A stretch of 61,109 nucleotides of DNA, filler included, from Piptocephalis cylindrospora (Eukaryota), in NCBI GenBank assembly GCA_003614145.1. It is 7 parts of 7 records of this genome, joined end to end, with 100 filler letters (N's around TTAATTAATTAA, not from the genome) between each part and the next. Parts side by side here need not be neighbours in the genome. Positions count along the whole stretch, not along the records: positions 43,852 to 52,452 come from KZ988137.1; positions 52,553 to 61,109 come from KZ988139.1; 5 more parts are not named here. One strand, 5' to 3'. Below, piece after piece: positions 46,221 through 61,109 of the stretch. A program made the position numbers and the translations under genes. The notes under the pieces were generated by a model, which was not told the origin of the DNA, did no database searches, and saw only the letters and a program-made list of their open reading frames with translations. Positions within the stretch are counted from its first letter, which is position 1. Every line of letters begins with the position of its first letter.

Positions 46221-47150
46221 TTAGACCAATTGCAGCTACAGAATGGCCATGGAGAGAGGAATGATGAGTTTTGGCCGATCAATCTACCACCACCCCCTCC
46301 TTCATCCACATACATAGTTGCTGGGGACAATACCGATGGTTCCGTCCTTTCTCTTGGCTTGCCACCACTTTCCCTTAGTGTCCACAATTTCCAGTACATC
46401 GTTCTTCCCAAAGCTCAACTCATTGGGATCCTCAGGGCTGGCCGTATCTACAGGGCGGGGTGAAAGTGAGTGTAAAGTGGATTCTGGCTCATGCTCAATC
46501 TATCTTCTCCACATACAGGCATAGAGGGCTTGGGCACGGTAGAGATACTGGACATCCTGGGGCCCGCTCGGGGGAGACCCATTGGAGACGGGGGTCGAGG
46601 TCGTAGGGACGATGGCGCCAGGGTTGGCGGCGGTCACTGGGGCACCAGGATTGGCCTGGGCCGGGCGAGCATGAGGAGCAGTGGTGGTGACACTGGTCAT
46701 AGACTGCTGGGCCACACCAGGAGCCCCGGATTCAGGCGCCTGGTAGCCAAGGATGGCCATGTTCCGGGACACGGCGCTGTCCGAATCACTGCCTAGGGCA
46801 ATGACCCAGAGATAGCACGCAATGGTCATAAAAAAGTAACCGACACCTGCGACCTTCATGGCCGAACCGTCTATATACCACACGCCAATGTTTTGCGTGG
46901 CGTAAATGATGCCGATGACGGAGAAGGCCAGGAGGACTAGACGGTATTGGCGCAGGCTTCCCTGCCCCACCACCAGCACCATTGCCAGACTCAAAAGAAG
47001 TAGGTAGACGGTGCACCACCAGGTGTACGCACTTGACACATCATTAATACCTTGGCCAATGACGGCCAGGAGCCAACCCAGGAGGGAAAGAAAGAGGGTG
47101 AGCCCCCAAAAGGCGGACCGGCTAATCAGACCGACTTGGAAGCCACTCAT
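46221..47150 (-). CDS. SHO1: Osmosensor Sho1 (4 TM plus SH3), 2 introns
   Basis: Four TM helices; spliced SH3 AQALYAYTASPEDPNELSFGKNDVLEIVDTKGKWWQAKRKDGTIGIVPSNYLQLV. Confidence 0.92.
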
Positions 47151-48799
47151 GCTTGCAAAGGTAGGAGAGGAAGGAGGGGCGGGGGGTAGTGGGTGGAGAG
47201 GGCTTCTAGCAGGTAGCTAGGTACAGGAAATAGGAGAAGGAGGATGATTAAGGGGAAGAGGGAGGACAGGAGGAGGGGCGGACTGCAGATACTAGCAGAG
47301 GATGGGGGTAAGATGGAGGTGGAGGGTAGGGAGGAAGAAGGCAGAATTGGTGAAAGGAGGAGTAAAATGGCCTCGTGCACCTTTCCCTTCCCTCCTGCAT
47401 CCTAGCCTCACCACTAGGAAGGTCCGATGGGAGGGGGGGGGGGAGACTGTGTCCCATTGCATATCGTATTCCTGGGGGCCATAGCCCTTCTCTCTCATAC
47501 GCATAGTGTGCGGCGGCAATGGATGCTCACAGCCCCCGCCACCCATACTCCAAGGGCGGGGGTAGAAGGGGGGAGGGAGACTGAGGATGTTAGCCTACAG
47601 ACAAAGGGAGGCGCAGATCGAAGGTCCGGGGCGGAGACTGAATCAGTATGGGGGCTAGAGCGGAGTTTAACCCTGAAATCGCATTCAGTCAAGTGTCGAA
47701 AAAGAAAAGTTGCCTCAAATTGACGCTCATTTCCACATTCATTTCTATTCTCTTGTCCATAGGGTCTCAGGGGTGAAGATGTGGTAGGCATCCCCTCTTT
47801 CCCATTGTTGCTGTCTTATGATTAGAGACCATGACCTTGATGGATGGTCAGTAGGAGGAGTGTGCTGGCCGCGCTGGCGACTCAGATGACACTGTAGAAA
47901 CGGAGAGCGCATGTATATCTCGCAGTTGCAAAAAATGGGCTCAAGCCAAGTTTGCAGGAAAGCTCTACATAAAAGTATCTGCTCATCGAGGTGGAGAAAG
48001 CATCTAGAGAAATCGATAAATGATATCGTGACAATAAACCTCTTTAATCCACCCCTTCGAGAACGCCATGAATTCTCTTGCCCCTTTTGTCGTCTGACTG
48101 GTTCGCTTGCTAGCCTCTAGCCAAATGCCTGTTCAGTATCCATTGCCATTTAGCGTGTGGCACATCAAGGTCCCGATCCTATCAGACTCCCAGACCAGAC
48201 GTGGTGAATCAGTCGGATGGCGTGCCTTCCTCCTTTCCTGTTCCATTTGATAGTTCTGGCAAAAATCACCTCCCCCTCTTTTCCCCACTCCGCCCCACCC
48301 TCGCCTATTGTAATAAGATGTCTAAATAGGGTCCCGTTCCATGGGGCATCCCTCGGCTTTCACCTTTCCTCTAAAGAAGCGTTGTGTGAACACTGAATTC
48401 TCTGCGCTTCTCAGTAAGCCATAAAGTGGGGAAACGATAACTAATGGCTAATTTCATTGGTTCCCTTAGTCCGCGACTTCCCCGCCCCATTATCCCTTCT
48501 CGTTTCCAATCTCACCACTTTCTAGATTTGATAAGTCATGCTCAAAATTCAGGCATGGCATCGCTGACCCTGTTCAGGGCTGCATTGACGCCCTTTCCAT
48601 TCCATGTTCCATGACTTGACCATTTGTATAAATTTCCCGTTAAGGCCCATTGTTCCCACCTCTCTCATCCTGCAGCCATTAGACGGCTGCTACTCCATTC
48701 TTTTCTTCCTCTCGCCCCCCTCATTTTCCTCTTCCCTCTTCCCTCATCTTCTTCCTCCCTTCTCCTTACCCCTAATATCGTCCTTCCGACATAGTCTTT

Positions 48800-50053
48800 A
48801 TGGATCTGACAAAGGACAGCCTTTACGATTGGGATAACCCGGCTAATACACCCTGCCGCTGGTCGGGTAATATCCACAATTGTAGGGATTCCGAGTTCTT
48901 CCAGATTGTCACCTTTATTTCCATCGGCTTCTCGGCTCTCCTTCCTCCCACGGTCATCTACCTCCTGTCTTTGTCACGTATCCGTGGATGGATGTGGCTT
49001 CAACCGTGGAAGTGGAATACCGCCAACATCTATTACGGCTGCAATGGGTGGACGGGCCTCTTTTTCGTCCTTTACGACGTGATCGTGTACGTCGACGTTC
49101 CCGGGCCCTACTGGCCAAGGCATCTCCTCTTTGGTATTTCATTCTCCATCTTCCTCAGCGGGATTGTCCCCTTCCTTCATACCTTGACAGCGCCGGCCGC
49201 CCTATCTCTTTCTTCTGAGGGGGGTTCAGAGACGCCTAAGCCCCCTCTGACTCATCGGATTGTCCAGATCCTCCCGTTGCTGATTCTCCTGGGTCTAATG
49301 TTCGCCATTGTTCGGGCAGTAGGCATGGATCACGAGATGGATGTGCTTGCCGATGTCTTTACCTCTCTCTGTCTCGGAATTTACTGCGTTTCCACTCTGC
49401 TCATCGCCTACACGTGCTGTTACCATGGAAGTCGGTTTTTCTCCCTTCTCAATGCTAAGATCCTCACAGTCGAGGGAAATACCGTCGGAGGCGGTAACTC
49501 CAAGAGCAAAAACTTTGTTGCCTCCCCTCCCCCTCCGGAATCCCGTGCTTACCGCTCCCTCGGACGGTCCATCTCCACTATGCACTTAAACGATCAGCCT
49601 CAGAGCGACGGTAAGGACGCCGCTGTCTGCGAGAATAGTGGAGGAAAATCCCTCACGGCCATCGAAGCCCGTGCCGCCCTACGTAAGATTACGTATGTTA
49701 ATGTTCTCATGTTCATGGTGGCTGCTGGAGGTTGCGTCTTCACCTTCCTCATGACTATTATGCCGTCCAAAATCTTTACCATCATGGCCCTATCCAAGCT
49801 CACGTACACCTTTCTCCAAGCTGGGGTTCCTGCTCTTCTTGAGGCCATTGTCATGGCGAACATCATCACCGAGCTTCGTCGCCGTAAAAGTTTTCATGAT
49901 TATCATAATACCCCAGATATTTCCCTGGTCGACCAGGCCAGAACCATCCACCAGACCATCATTCTCTCCCAACAAAAGGGGCCGGAAAGTGAGGTAGGCG
50001 TCGCTTCCTCCCGCCTTCAAGGCCGCGCCTTTGACTATTGCAGCCGTATATGA
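48800..50053 (+). CDS. Seven-transmembrane (GPCR-like) protein
   Basis: Seven hydrophobic segments, long loop between TM5 and TM6, N-terminal CRWSGNIHNC. Confidence 0.72.
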   Translation: MDLTKDSLYDWDNPANTPCRWSGNIHNCRDSEFFQIVTFISIGFSALLPPTVIYLLSLSRIRGWMWLQPWKWNTANIYYGCNGWTGLFFVLYDVIVYVDVPGPYWPRHLLFGISFSIFLSGIVPFLHTLTAPAALSLSSEGGSETPKPPLTHRIVQILPLLILLGLMFAIVRAVGMDHEMDVLADVFTSLCLGIYCVSTLLIAYTCCYHGSRFFSLLNAKILTVEGNTVGGGNSKSKNFVASPPPPESRAYRSLGRSISTMHLNDQPQSDGKDAAVCENSGGKSLTAIEARAALRKITYVNVLMFMVAAGGCVFTFLMTIMPSKIFTIMALSKLTYTFLQAGVPALLEAIVMANIITELRRRKSFHDYHNTPDISLVDQARTIHQTIILSQQKGPESEVGVASSRLQGRAFDYCSRI

Positions 50054-52318
50054 GGTAAAGTATCCCTTCCATTGTCATAATTACATTGCGTAGTACTTGT
50101 CTATGGGATGGTTAATATGTGCGGGTTTTCTTTTGTGCGGGCCTCCCCCCTCCCTTTTCTTATTTCTCGACTAGGCGATATGGCTATCTGTGAGGTCAAG
50201 TATTGATCAATACTTTGAATCTCTTACCACTCTTTTATCTCATGTATAAACTATCAATGTAAAGGTGTGCGCGGATGAGTTTTCAGAGTGGTCCTTCCCG
50301 ACATGGTCCGTGTCATCAGGAATGGGATTTAAAGGGATATGTGGCGAATGGCCACCAGTGCTATTGTTGCTTCGGTCGTACTGCAGGGGCAATAGGAAAA
50401 CCTTTCCGTGAAATCATGTATACAAGATCCGTGTAGAGGGGCAATGATTATCTGGTCTGCATAATCCAAAGATACGATCCGACCCTCTCACGTTGATGTA
50501 CATGATGGGAAAGTACCGCAAGACAGGGGATGGGTGTATCATATTGTTCCAGTAAACCATCTCTAGCAAATACATACAGCACTGAGGATGGATAGCTCAT
50601 TACTCATGCTGCGTCTTCAGCTTTATGACTCAAAGTACCATTTTTCACCAGGTATAGCTGAGAAGTATGCATGGCTAACAGAATACATCCCCCTGCTGCT
50701 CCTCTGGATTGGCCGTTTTATCCTTACACCAGAAAAATAGGTGTAAAAGCCGTCTTCATGTTGCTCCTTTATACATTATTACCATAAACGTATGATAGGA
50801 TTGACTTTTTCACTCTCCCCCAGTCGACTCTGGTGGGGTGATCTTCTGTTATATGCATCATTAAGGATCAGTCTCTCCGTGTATCACACTATCATCAACC
50901 TACCGATCCATTTGATCTGTTAACATAGCCTGGGCCCTGGAATCGACCAAGTGGAAGGTACTGCCTTGATCATCCAGAATGAGCCATTTGTTTAGTCGAG
51001 AACCTCCTTGATGGACTATGCATTAGCATAAAAGCAGAACGGTACTGAAGGTCACATGGCCTTCTAGCCACCATCCTCCGTCCTCTGTCGCCTCAGCCTT
51101 GATTTTATCGGTCCTCGTTTCCATTTTACTCAGTGTGTACACTTGCCAATGTCATAGAGTTGACCTTTGTTCTTCTCAATAGCGCAATTCTAACGATCGA
51201 GGATGTATCCATTGTTGGAAGCGTGGGTGACAAAAGGATTATTGTTGTGGGTGATGCGCTTATACTACAACTTCCTTGGGGTTCATCCCGTGATGCAGGC
51301 AAGAAAAGCCCATCAGATCCTTATACTTTTTGGAAGGGACTAGGATGGTAATGGACAAAAGGTTAATATTTAAATACCTTTTCAATGTGATCCATGTCGG
51401 GCAATGAGAGTTTGCTATGGGTAGGACTATATATATGTGCAGTGATGATGTCATGCGAGGCCTTTGATGGAAAAAGAGAATGACGCTCATTATCTTGATC
51501 AAAACCTGGAATATGAGGAAAGCGCGAAAATCCCTTTCAGGGACGGATATCGGATGCCATAGTAAAGGACCACCTTTTCCCGTGCCATAGCATCAGATGC
51601 AAAGTTACCATGGATAATATATTACCATCCCGCCCAGGTGACCAATGCATATGTGCCTGCTCTGTGTGTAGAGCCGACGACACAGGGATGGTGGGGTGGC
51701 ACGACTCGGGTTACCTTTAAAATCCGTAGCACCGATGGGAGAGGCACACCGGTGTCCACATCCCAGCTGAGTTTCGCAAAGTACCTCGCTCGATGTAGCC
51801 TTCCCCCCTCCCCCCAGCAATACGACCTAGACCTGATCCCCGCAAACTCCGATCCCATCAAACCCCTCCTTGTCTGCCGGCTCTGCTGGAGCCATTTGAG
51901 AATCCAGTGCCCAATTAGCTCTAGCACAAACCTTTCCACTCCCCATTCCTCTATCGTGGTATATGCTGGGACCAGCCCCCTACCTTTCCAGAATATATTC
52001 CGATGGGGCGATGCGTTGCTAGACGAGCCAATTAAGGAACATCTCCATAACCAGGGCGAGATTCACGATCTGTTCAGCCTTCACCTCCGCTTGAACTGAC
52101 AAATTGTAAGGACAGACCGAGACGAAAATACTCCCATATCCGCGAAAGGTACCCTCATCCTTGTGGGACAGGGAACTTTACCAAGAAGCCATATGCGAGG
52201 ATAAGAATGAGATGGAATGTTTATCCGAGTACCCCCCTATACCCATTCCCCAGCTCCCCTTCCTCCTTCTTCCCCCCCGCCTTCACATCTCTAATACCAC
52301 CCTTATCATACACTTTTT

Positions 52319-52452
52319 ATGGATTTGAAAAAGGATAGCCTTTACGATTGGGATAACCCGGCTAATACACCCTGCCGTTGGTCGGGTAATATCCACAATT
52401 GCAGGGATTCCGAATTCTTCCAGATTGCTACTCTGGTCTCCCTGGGTCCATC
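52319..52452 (+). CDS. Tandem paralogue of the 48800 7TM gene (truncated by contig end)
   Basis: MDLKKDSLYDWDNPANTPCRWSGNIHNCRDSEFFQI, nearly identical to the 48800 N-terminus. Confidence 0.8.
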
Positions 52453-52552
52453 NNNNNNNNNNNNNNNNNNNNNNNNNNNNNNNNNNNNNNNNNNNNTTAA
52501 TTAATTAANNNNNNNNNNNNNNNNNNNNNNNNNNNNNNNNNNNNNNNNNNNN
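52453..52552. other. Artificial contig linker
   Basis: N44-TTAATTAATTAA-N44. Confidence 0.98.
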
Positions 52553-52602
<50 letters not shown>

Positions 52603-52607
52603 TGTGT
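52553..52607. repeat. (TG)n microsatellite at contig start
   Basis: More than 20 TG units. Confidence 0.92.
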
Positions 52608-52865
52608 AGGTGTGAGCGGGTGGGCATCCAACCCCACTTCCTATCTCCGCGCCTAGTCGCGCCAGCATGGGCGAGAGAACTTCCTGGACTCACCATCTTT
52701 CCCTCCTCCCCTCATTAGGCTCACGGTGCTGTCGTCTTCACTTCCTCCTCCTTTCACTTTCTGATCTTTCTTCCTTACTGATCATCCCCCCCCCCTTTCA
52801 TCTCCTCCTACCTCCACATTTCCTCCTAACCTCCTCTCCCCCCACCTCATCCCAGCTTACACTCA

Positions 52866-55431
<2,566 letters not shown>

Positions 55432-55923
55432 ATCTTGATCCCTCCCTGACCTATGGCAGTGTGAGCGAGCAGGAAAGAAGAGAGATGCTTTGGATGTCCG
55501 GGTAAGAGAGGGGAGGGAAGGGGGATGTGCTGGATAAGAAAACCCTCCTTGAGACAGCATGCATGCATGACTTAGTTTCTTCATTTCAACATTGAGCACC
55601 TTGATCGATGAATTAGCAGAGAATCAAGGATTTCTCATTTTGAATAGCACACAAAGATATACTGTGTGGGGAGGGTAAGATGATATATGGGAAAGGTAAG
55701 ATATATGGGGAAGGCATAGTACTCTGTCTCTGAACACTCTCTTCCCACAAAAAACCCACAGACGCCACCTCATCACCCGTTACGTACTCAGGCACATACT
55801 CCCACGCCATTGTGACTCTATAAAAGGGACAGCTTTTCCACGTCTTTCTCATCCCATTCTTCTTCCTTCTCCGCCCTCTTATCCCTCCCCGCCTTCCTAG
55901 CCCCAGCTTCCTCCCCAATCACA

Positions 55924-56704
55924 ATGACCCTCCCTCAAGCTTTGTATCGTCTCTACCCGAAAAACACAGCCTTCTTTGTCTGTGATATCCAGGAAAGGTT
56001 TACCTCTCTTATCTATGGGTTTGATGGGGTTGTGTCCACCTCCCAAAAGATGGTATGTACTGGGCAGGTCCAGTCACTCACCCCACCTCATCTCACCTCA
56101 TCTCATCCCATCCCACTCGATCCTTTCCTCTAGCTCAAAGCGTCTAAAATCCTCAACGTCCCTGTGGTTGTCACCGAACAAAAACCTTCCGGTATATGCC
56201 CCCCCTCCTCATCTTTCCTTTAGCATATACCTTTTCTCACCTTCCTCCCCCCTTTCTATAGCGCTTGGAAAGACCGTCAAGGAACTTGATGTAGCCCATG
56301 CTGTTATTCGTCAGGAAAAACAAAAATTTTCTATGCTTATCCCCGAAGTCCGACAGTGGCTTGAAAAGGAGAAGATTCGTTCCGTCGTCATCTTTGGCAT
56401 TGAAGCTCATGTTTGTGTCCTTCAAACTGCCCTAGATCTTCTCACCCTACCTAACCTTACCCAGGGCTCAGAGGCGGGAGGTGTCCATGTCCTTGCCGAC
56501 GCTGTTTCTTCCACAAACGCTCCCGAGATCCCAGTGGCCATAGAGAGGATGAGGAATGCAGGAGCTTGTATCACCTCCTCGGAATCAGTACTCTTCCAGA
56601 TTCTGCATGATGCCGACCATCCCCAATTCCGCCAAGTTAGCTCCTTGATTAAGGAGTATCGGTCTGCGAATGAATCTAACCCCCTTTGGCCCAGCAAGAT
56701 CTGA
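55924..56704 (+). CDS. Isochorismatase-family hydrolase (ISOC1/2-like), 2 introns
   Basis: FFVCDIQERF, VVTEQ, LGKTVKEL, KFSML, GIEAHVCVLQTALDLL, TSSESVLFQ; ends SKI. Confidence 0.92.
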
Positions 56705-56840
56705 TCTCACTAGGCAGTGTGTTCCCTTTTGTAAAGGAAAGAGGGGATGATCCATAACAACAAGATGGAGGACACGTGTGGGAAATGAATATGCTCTCTT
56801 TTTATGCTCTCCAGAATACGGGATTCGCCGCTCATAATGA

Positions 56841-59700
56841 CTACTTTTGCTTATCCCGATTCAGACCCACTAGGGAAAGGAACCCAATGACCCGGAGTAT
56901 TAGCCCAATCACTAGGGGCAAACAAATGTCCAGGATATAGCGGTCGAGGGTGTACCCAAAGATGGCTGTGCTCCCCTCCACATCATACAGGTCCCGGTAA
57001 GGGGAGGTGTAAGCCGTGATGAACGCCTCGGTGAACCATCGGGTGTAGCTCATGTCCCAGAACCAGGAGAGCCCCCAGTTCCCAGCATCATCATACGATG
57101 GACCATACCCATTGAACACGGCAATAATTAGGGTAGCGATCGACGCGATGAGCGTGCCATTTGATCGGGAAAAGGCCAGGGAGATGGCCTCGGAGGCCCC
57201 ATATACACAGAAGTACTGCAAGAGCACCAGGGGATAGAGATCACTCAAGGGCAGGGGCGAATGTGCTAGAAGGTGGAAGAGGGCTGTGTAATGAAGAGAG
57301 CCCAGGAGGAGACGAGGTAGGGTGGAGAGGACCTTTCCAAGAAAGTACGAGGTTCTCGAGTGGCCCGACCCGGCTTCCCGCCAGTACACAGGCTTTTCCT
57401 CTCCAAAGGTCAGAACAGCGGCGGGGCACCCAGAGATGGCGACGGATGCCGTGATGAACAAGCACATCTCGGGCATAGTGCCGGTACGCGGACTTGCCGA
57501 AATGGCTGTGTAGGGCTCCCGAAGGACACCAATGTAGAACTCGCCCTTCCAGTGCATGACGGCAATGCCCAGAAGGGTCCCGGCCACCGCAGCCACTCCG
57601 TACTCAAAGATCAGGGTTCGAGGTCGACGGTACTGCTGAAGTAGAGCTCTACACACACACAGCCAAGTTTGCTGGAGGCGTGTAGCCCCTCGCTCTTCCG
57701 ACATCTCCTGCCATCTCTTGGTCATGGCAACTGCGTGCGGAGACGGTGGTGGTCTGGAGCTGAGCGTGGAAAGAAGGGTAGCCACGCTAAACCTCCCGGA
57801 ACCCCTCCAACTGCTTCTGGGGCTACCAGACGTAGCTGTTTCGATCCCTTCATCCCTATGCTGTAAATCGGCCAGGGCAGTGGGTGGGATCAAATCCAGA
57901 GCAGGATCCGGGGATAATAATGGACTGGGATCATCTTGCCCCCGAATGGGATGCGCCTTTCGGTAGAGGTCCCATAACCGTCCCATTTCCGTTGGGGAGG
58001 GAAGAGGCTTGGAGATAGGATTGAGCCCATCAGGAGGTCGGGAGCCATGACCCGAAAGAATGTCCATGAGGACATCGGCTGGGTTAACCTTGGAGGGAAA
58101 ATGGAAACCTAGGGAGGTAAAGTACGGGACGACCTCGAGGACGGAGCCCTGGAAGACCATATAGCCTCCGGGGGCCAGGAGAAGGACGTCGTCAAAAGCG
58201 TGAAAAATTTCTGGGCGAGGCTGATGCAAGATGGAAAGGACAGTGAGACCTAAATGGGCAATCTCCCTAAGCGTCCTACTAAGATCCAGAGCCACCGTGG
58301 CATCCAGGCCCGTTGTAGGCTCATCCAGGAAGAGGGCCAGGGGAGTGGCCACTAGTTCCATGCCAATGTTCAACCTCTTTCTTTGGCCCCCACTGAGTCC
58401 CCGGGTGGTCTCATCCCCCACCAAGACATCCGCCACATCCTCCCCAAGTCCCAAGGCCTCCATGACCGCATCCCCATACCTCCGCTTCTGAGCCGAGGAC
58501 CAAGTCCGGGGGAGTCGGATAGAGGCTGCATGGTACAAAACCTCTCTGGCCGTCAGTTCCCGGAGCATGACATCTTCTTGAGGGACATAGCCAATCAACC
58601 GTTCTAGTTGCTTCATTTCTATGGGTACCTGGCTCACCCGTGTCTCCCCCTGGATCCCTTGGAGTTTCCCCATGAGTGCACGCATCAATGTGGTCTTTCC
58701 TGCTCCCGAGGGGCCCATGATGGCGGTGAATCGCCCCGGTTGGATGACCCCGGACATGTCCTCCAACAGGATTTTCCCCGACGAAAGCTGATAGGAGAGA
58801 TTGTGGAAGGAAAGAGTCAATCGGTACTGAGGGCCCTGAAGGTTTCCCTGGGGGTATCCTTCCAGAAGCCGAGAAACTCTGGATGGGGTCAAAGGGGGAG
58901 ATGGGCTAGGTCGGTATCTCAAGGTACTAGGGATGCTTCTTGAGACCTCAATGTCATCCTCTGTGTTTGCATTTCCTGATTTTAATGGATAATGTGCTGA
59001 AGAAGAAGAGGCGGAGGCGGAGGCGGAGGAGGATGAGAAGGATGAGGAGGAGGGCATGGTAGTTGAATGGGTAGTCGGGGAGGAAATGATTAAGGAAGGA
59101 GCATGACCTTCTTGGTTCTCTTTAGGGGAATGAGAAACTTGGAGCTGGACTAGATGATCCTTTCGCCTTCCTCGGTACTTAAAGTAGATCCCCAAGGAGA
59201 GGATAATGGCGTCGACGATCAAGAGAAAGACTAGGGCTGTAAACTCGGTCCGACCTAAACTTCCCACGGGACAGTGCGCAATAGGGCCGCACGATCTTGG
59301 ACTGATGGTCCCATAGGGACTAATAGGAGGAGCGGATCAGTGGTGATGAAATGGACATGCAGCTCATTGCTTCCCCTCAGCATCACGCATACCAAAAGAA
59401 TCCATCTGGACACGGGAGCTTTGTTCGAGAATCTGGGCAATAGTAGCCTCCAGGGCACACGACGGGTTCGTACGGACCCTGGGGGGTACACCAACCATTG
59501 TACAATCGAGTCATAGTGCAACCGTTCGTTGCAGGACATATTCTGGGCAAGGAGACTGGGTTGCTTGCCGTGCTATTTGGGCAGTAAAAATGAGGAGGAC
59601 AGGTATATTCCTGGGACACTACGGTCCCTTGGACACTTGGGCCCGCATAGCACACGCCGCTCGGGGTAGATGATGCCGTTGAGGGGGAGGGAGAGGACAT
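56841..59700 (-). CDS. ABCG half-transporter with Cys-rich N-terminal ectodomain, 1 intron
   Basis: CPPHFYCP and CPGGYYCP motifs; intron approx 59392-59321 joins the two ORFs in frame; GPSGAGKTT, LSGGQRKR, LFLDEP; C-terminal TM domain. Confidence 0.92.
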
Positions 59701-61109
59701 GGGGGAGAGGGGAGAGGGGAAGACGGAAAGAAGGGGAATTGCATGAAAGGCATCCCTGACTTGTGATATACTCTGCCCTTGACCCCCTACCCATGTTGAA
59801 TGGTGTTTGATATAACCGGGGTAGCTTGACTAGAATAGAATATAAATAGATGCATTCAAACTCGGCCAGCTGGGTCCAGATGGGCTGGGTACCTTGTATA
59901 GAGCACAGCCCAACCTAGCTGTCTTGAGATGGGCGGAGTTGAGTTGCCCTTTTCAGGCTCCGATTAGTCCCTTCATCGGGCAATCCTAATGGAGCAAGCT
60001 CATCTTTTCAAACATAAAAGAAGGGATTGGCTCTGATCATGCTTCAGATACTTGATTGGAAGGCGGCAGGCAAGGTGATATCTGGATTGAAACCCCGAGG
60101 GCTTTATTTATAAGGTAACCTTGAGAAGGATGTCGCATGGCGTCAAATGGGCCCGTGATATGCCTTGATCTATATTGTACTTCTTCGACGAGCTGATCAC
60201 CAAGTGATGCTGTTGTTGTTGAAACCATTTTATTTTCTCTAGTGAGGTAGGCGCTAAAGGCATCCGAACACACAACCCGCCTCATTCGGTCGGCCTGCGT
60301 GGTACCAGAAACAATGTTCCCGACGTGTGCCTTGTATAGTAATTTTTGAAATGGACGCTACAGAAAACCATTAGCGCACCTCCTCCCGGGGTAGATGACC
60401 ATGGAATCCACAAGGAAGATGGTAGCCAGTAGCGAAGACGGTACCATTGGAGTTCTTGAATTTGACCTAGTGCAAGGGAGGGATAAGACACCCGGAGTCG
60501 AATTTGGAACCTTGCAACCTCGAGGAGCGGGTGTGCTGTGTATGTGCTAAAGGATAGAATCACCAAGTGATACTTTTCTCTTTCCTAAAACATCTACTGC
60601 ATGCTACCTGGATGAATAACATTAAATCGGATGGTCAGGGACTGATGGTTAGGAAAGAGCCGTATTTAGTGGTGTCGTAGGGGATGATGAGTCGCTCTTG
60701 CCTTCTAGAATTTGACACAAGGACGTATATATGTATACATGAATTTACTTCTATACCAATCAGAGTTAGTACGTAGTTCTAGCCATGGGGCTGAATGTGA
60801 ATGTCATACGAAATGAACCATGGTAGATGAATGAATACATGTGCTTGATAATGTCTTTTTCAATGCCTGGATACATACTTATAATTACTCTACTTTTGAA
60901 TATTGCTGAAGGATATAAACAATCCTTTCCAACCTGAAATACACTGTAGTCCCTTATTATAATAGATCTGCCGTTGGCCCAGTATTATTTATGTACACTT
61001 TCTGTTCATTGTCCTTTCGATTCGATTTGCTGTGTGGAGATTTATGAAGTATATGCCAATCCGATAAATGCACCAAATATGCATCTAATAACAATGAGGT
61101 CAGTATACA

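Noticed and set aside
50300..52100. Possible decayed gene between the 7TM paralogues
   Set aside because: Only short hydrophobic fragments with many stops; homology cannot be established by eye
8732..52552. Six identical TTAATTAATTAA motifs spaced about 8.7 kb apart
   Set aside because: Embedded in Ns; segments between them fall monotonically in length (8731, 8678, 8669, 8639, 8634, 8601, 8557), so this is contig concatenation, not biology
60037..60566. Possible spliced gene upstream of the ABCG transporter
   Set aside because: No recognisable motif or consistent exon structure

Overview
This is eukaryotic DNA from an early-diverging fungus: gene-dense, with short GT-AG introns and fungal housekeeping orthologues. 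A Zoopagomycota-type origin is inferred, not proven. The window is not contiguous. It is seven contigs of about 8.6-8.7 kb, ordered by decreasing length and joined by 100-nt N/TTAATTAATTAA/N linkers, so gene neighbourhoods across linkers mean nothing. Six contigs carry housekeeping genes (Rbd2-like rhomboid, Dbf2/Sid2 kinase, Slc1, ODC, Mgm101, FKBP-TPR, Qcr2, Sho1, Cdc48, ABCG), a BRCA1/BARD1-like RING-BRCT gene, a 7TM receptor pair and several secreted, lineage-specific-looking proteins. Contig 3 (17610-26278) is a nested transposon island. It holds a TIR-bounded Mutator (MULE) element whose transposase ORF is restored exactly by removing one solo LTR, a decayed DIRS-type retroelement, and at least eight solo LTRs. 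Three of those LTRs have non-canonical TG...TA ends, and two related LTR families begin with a 21-22 bp terminal palindrome.
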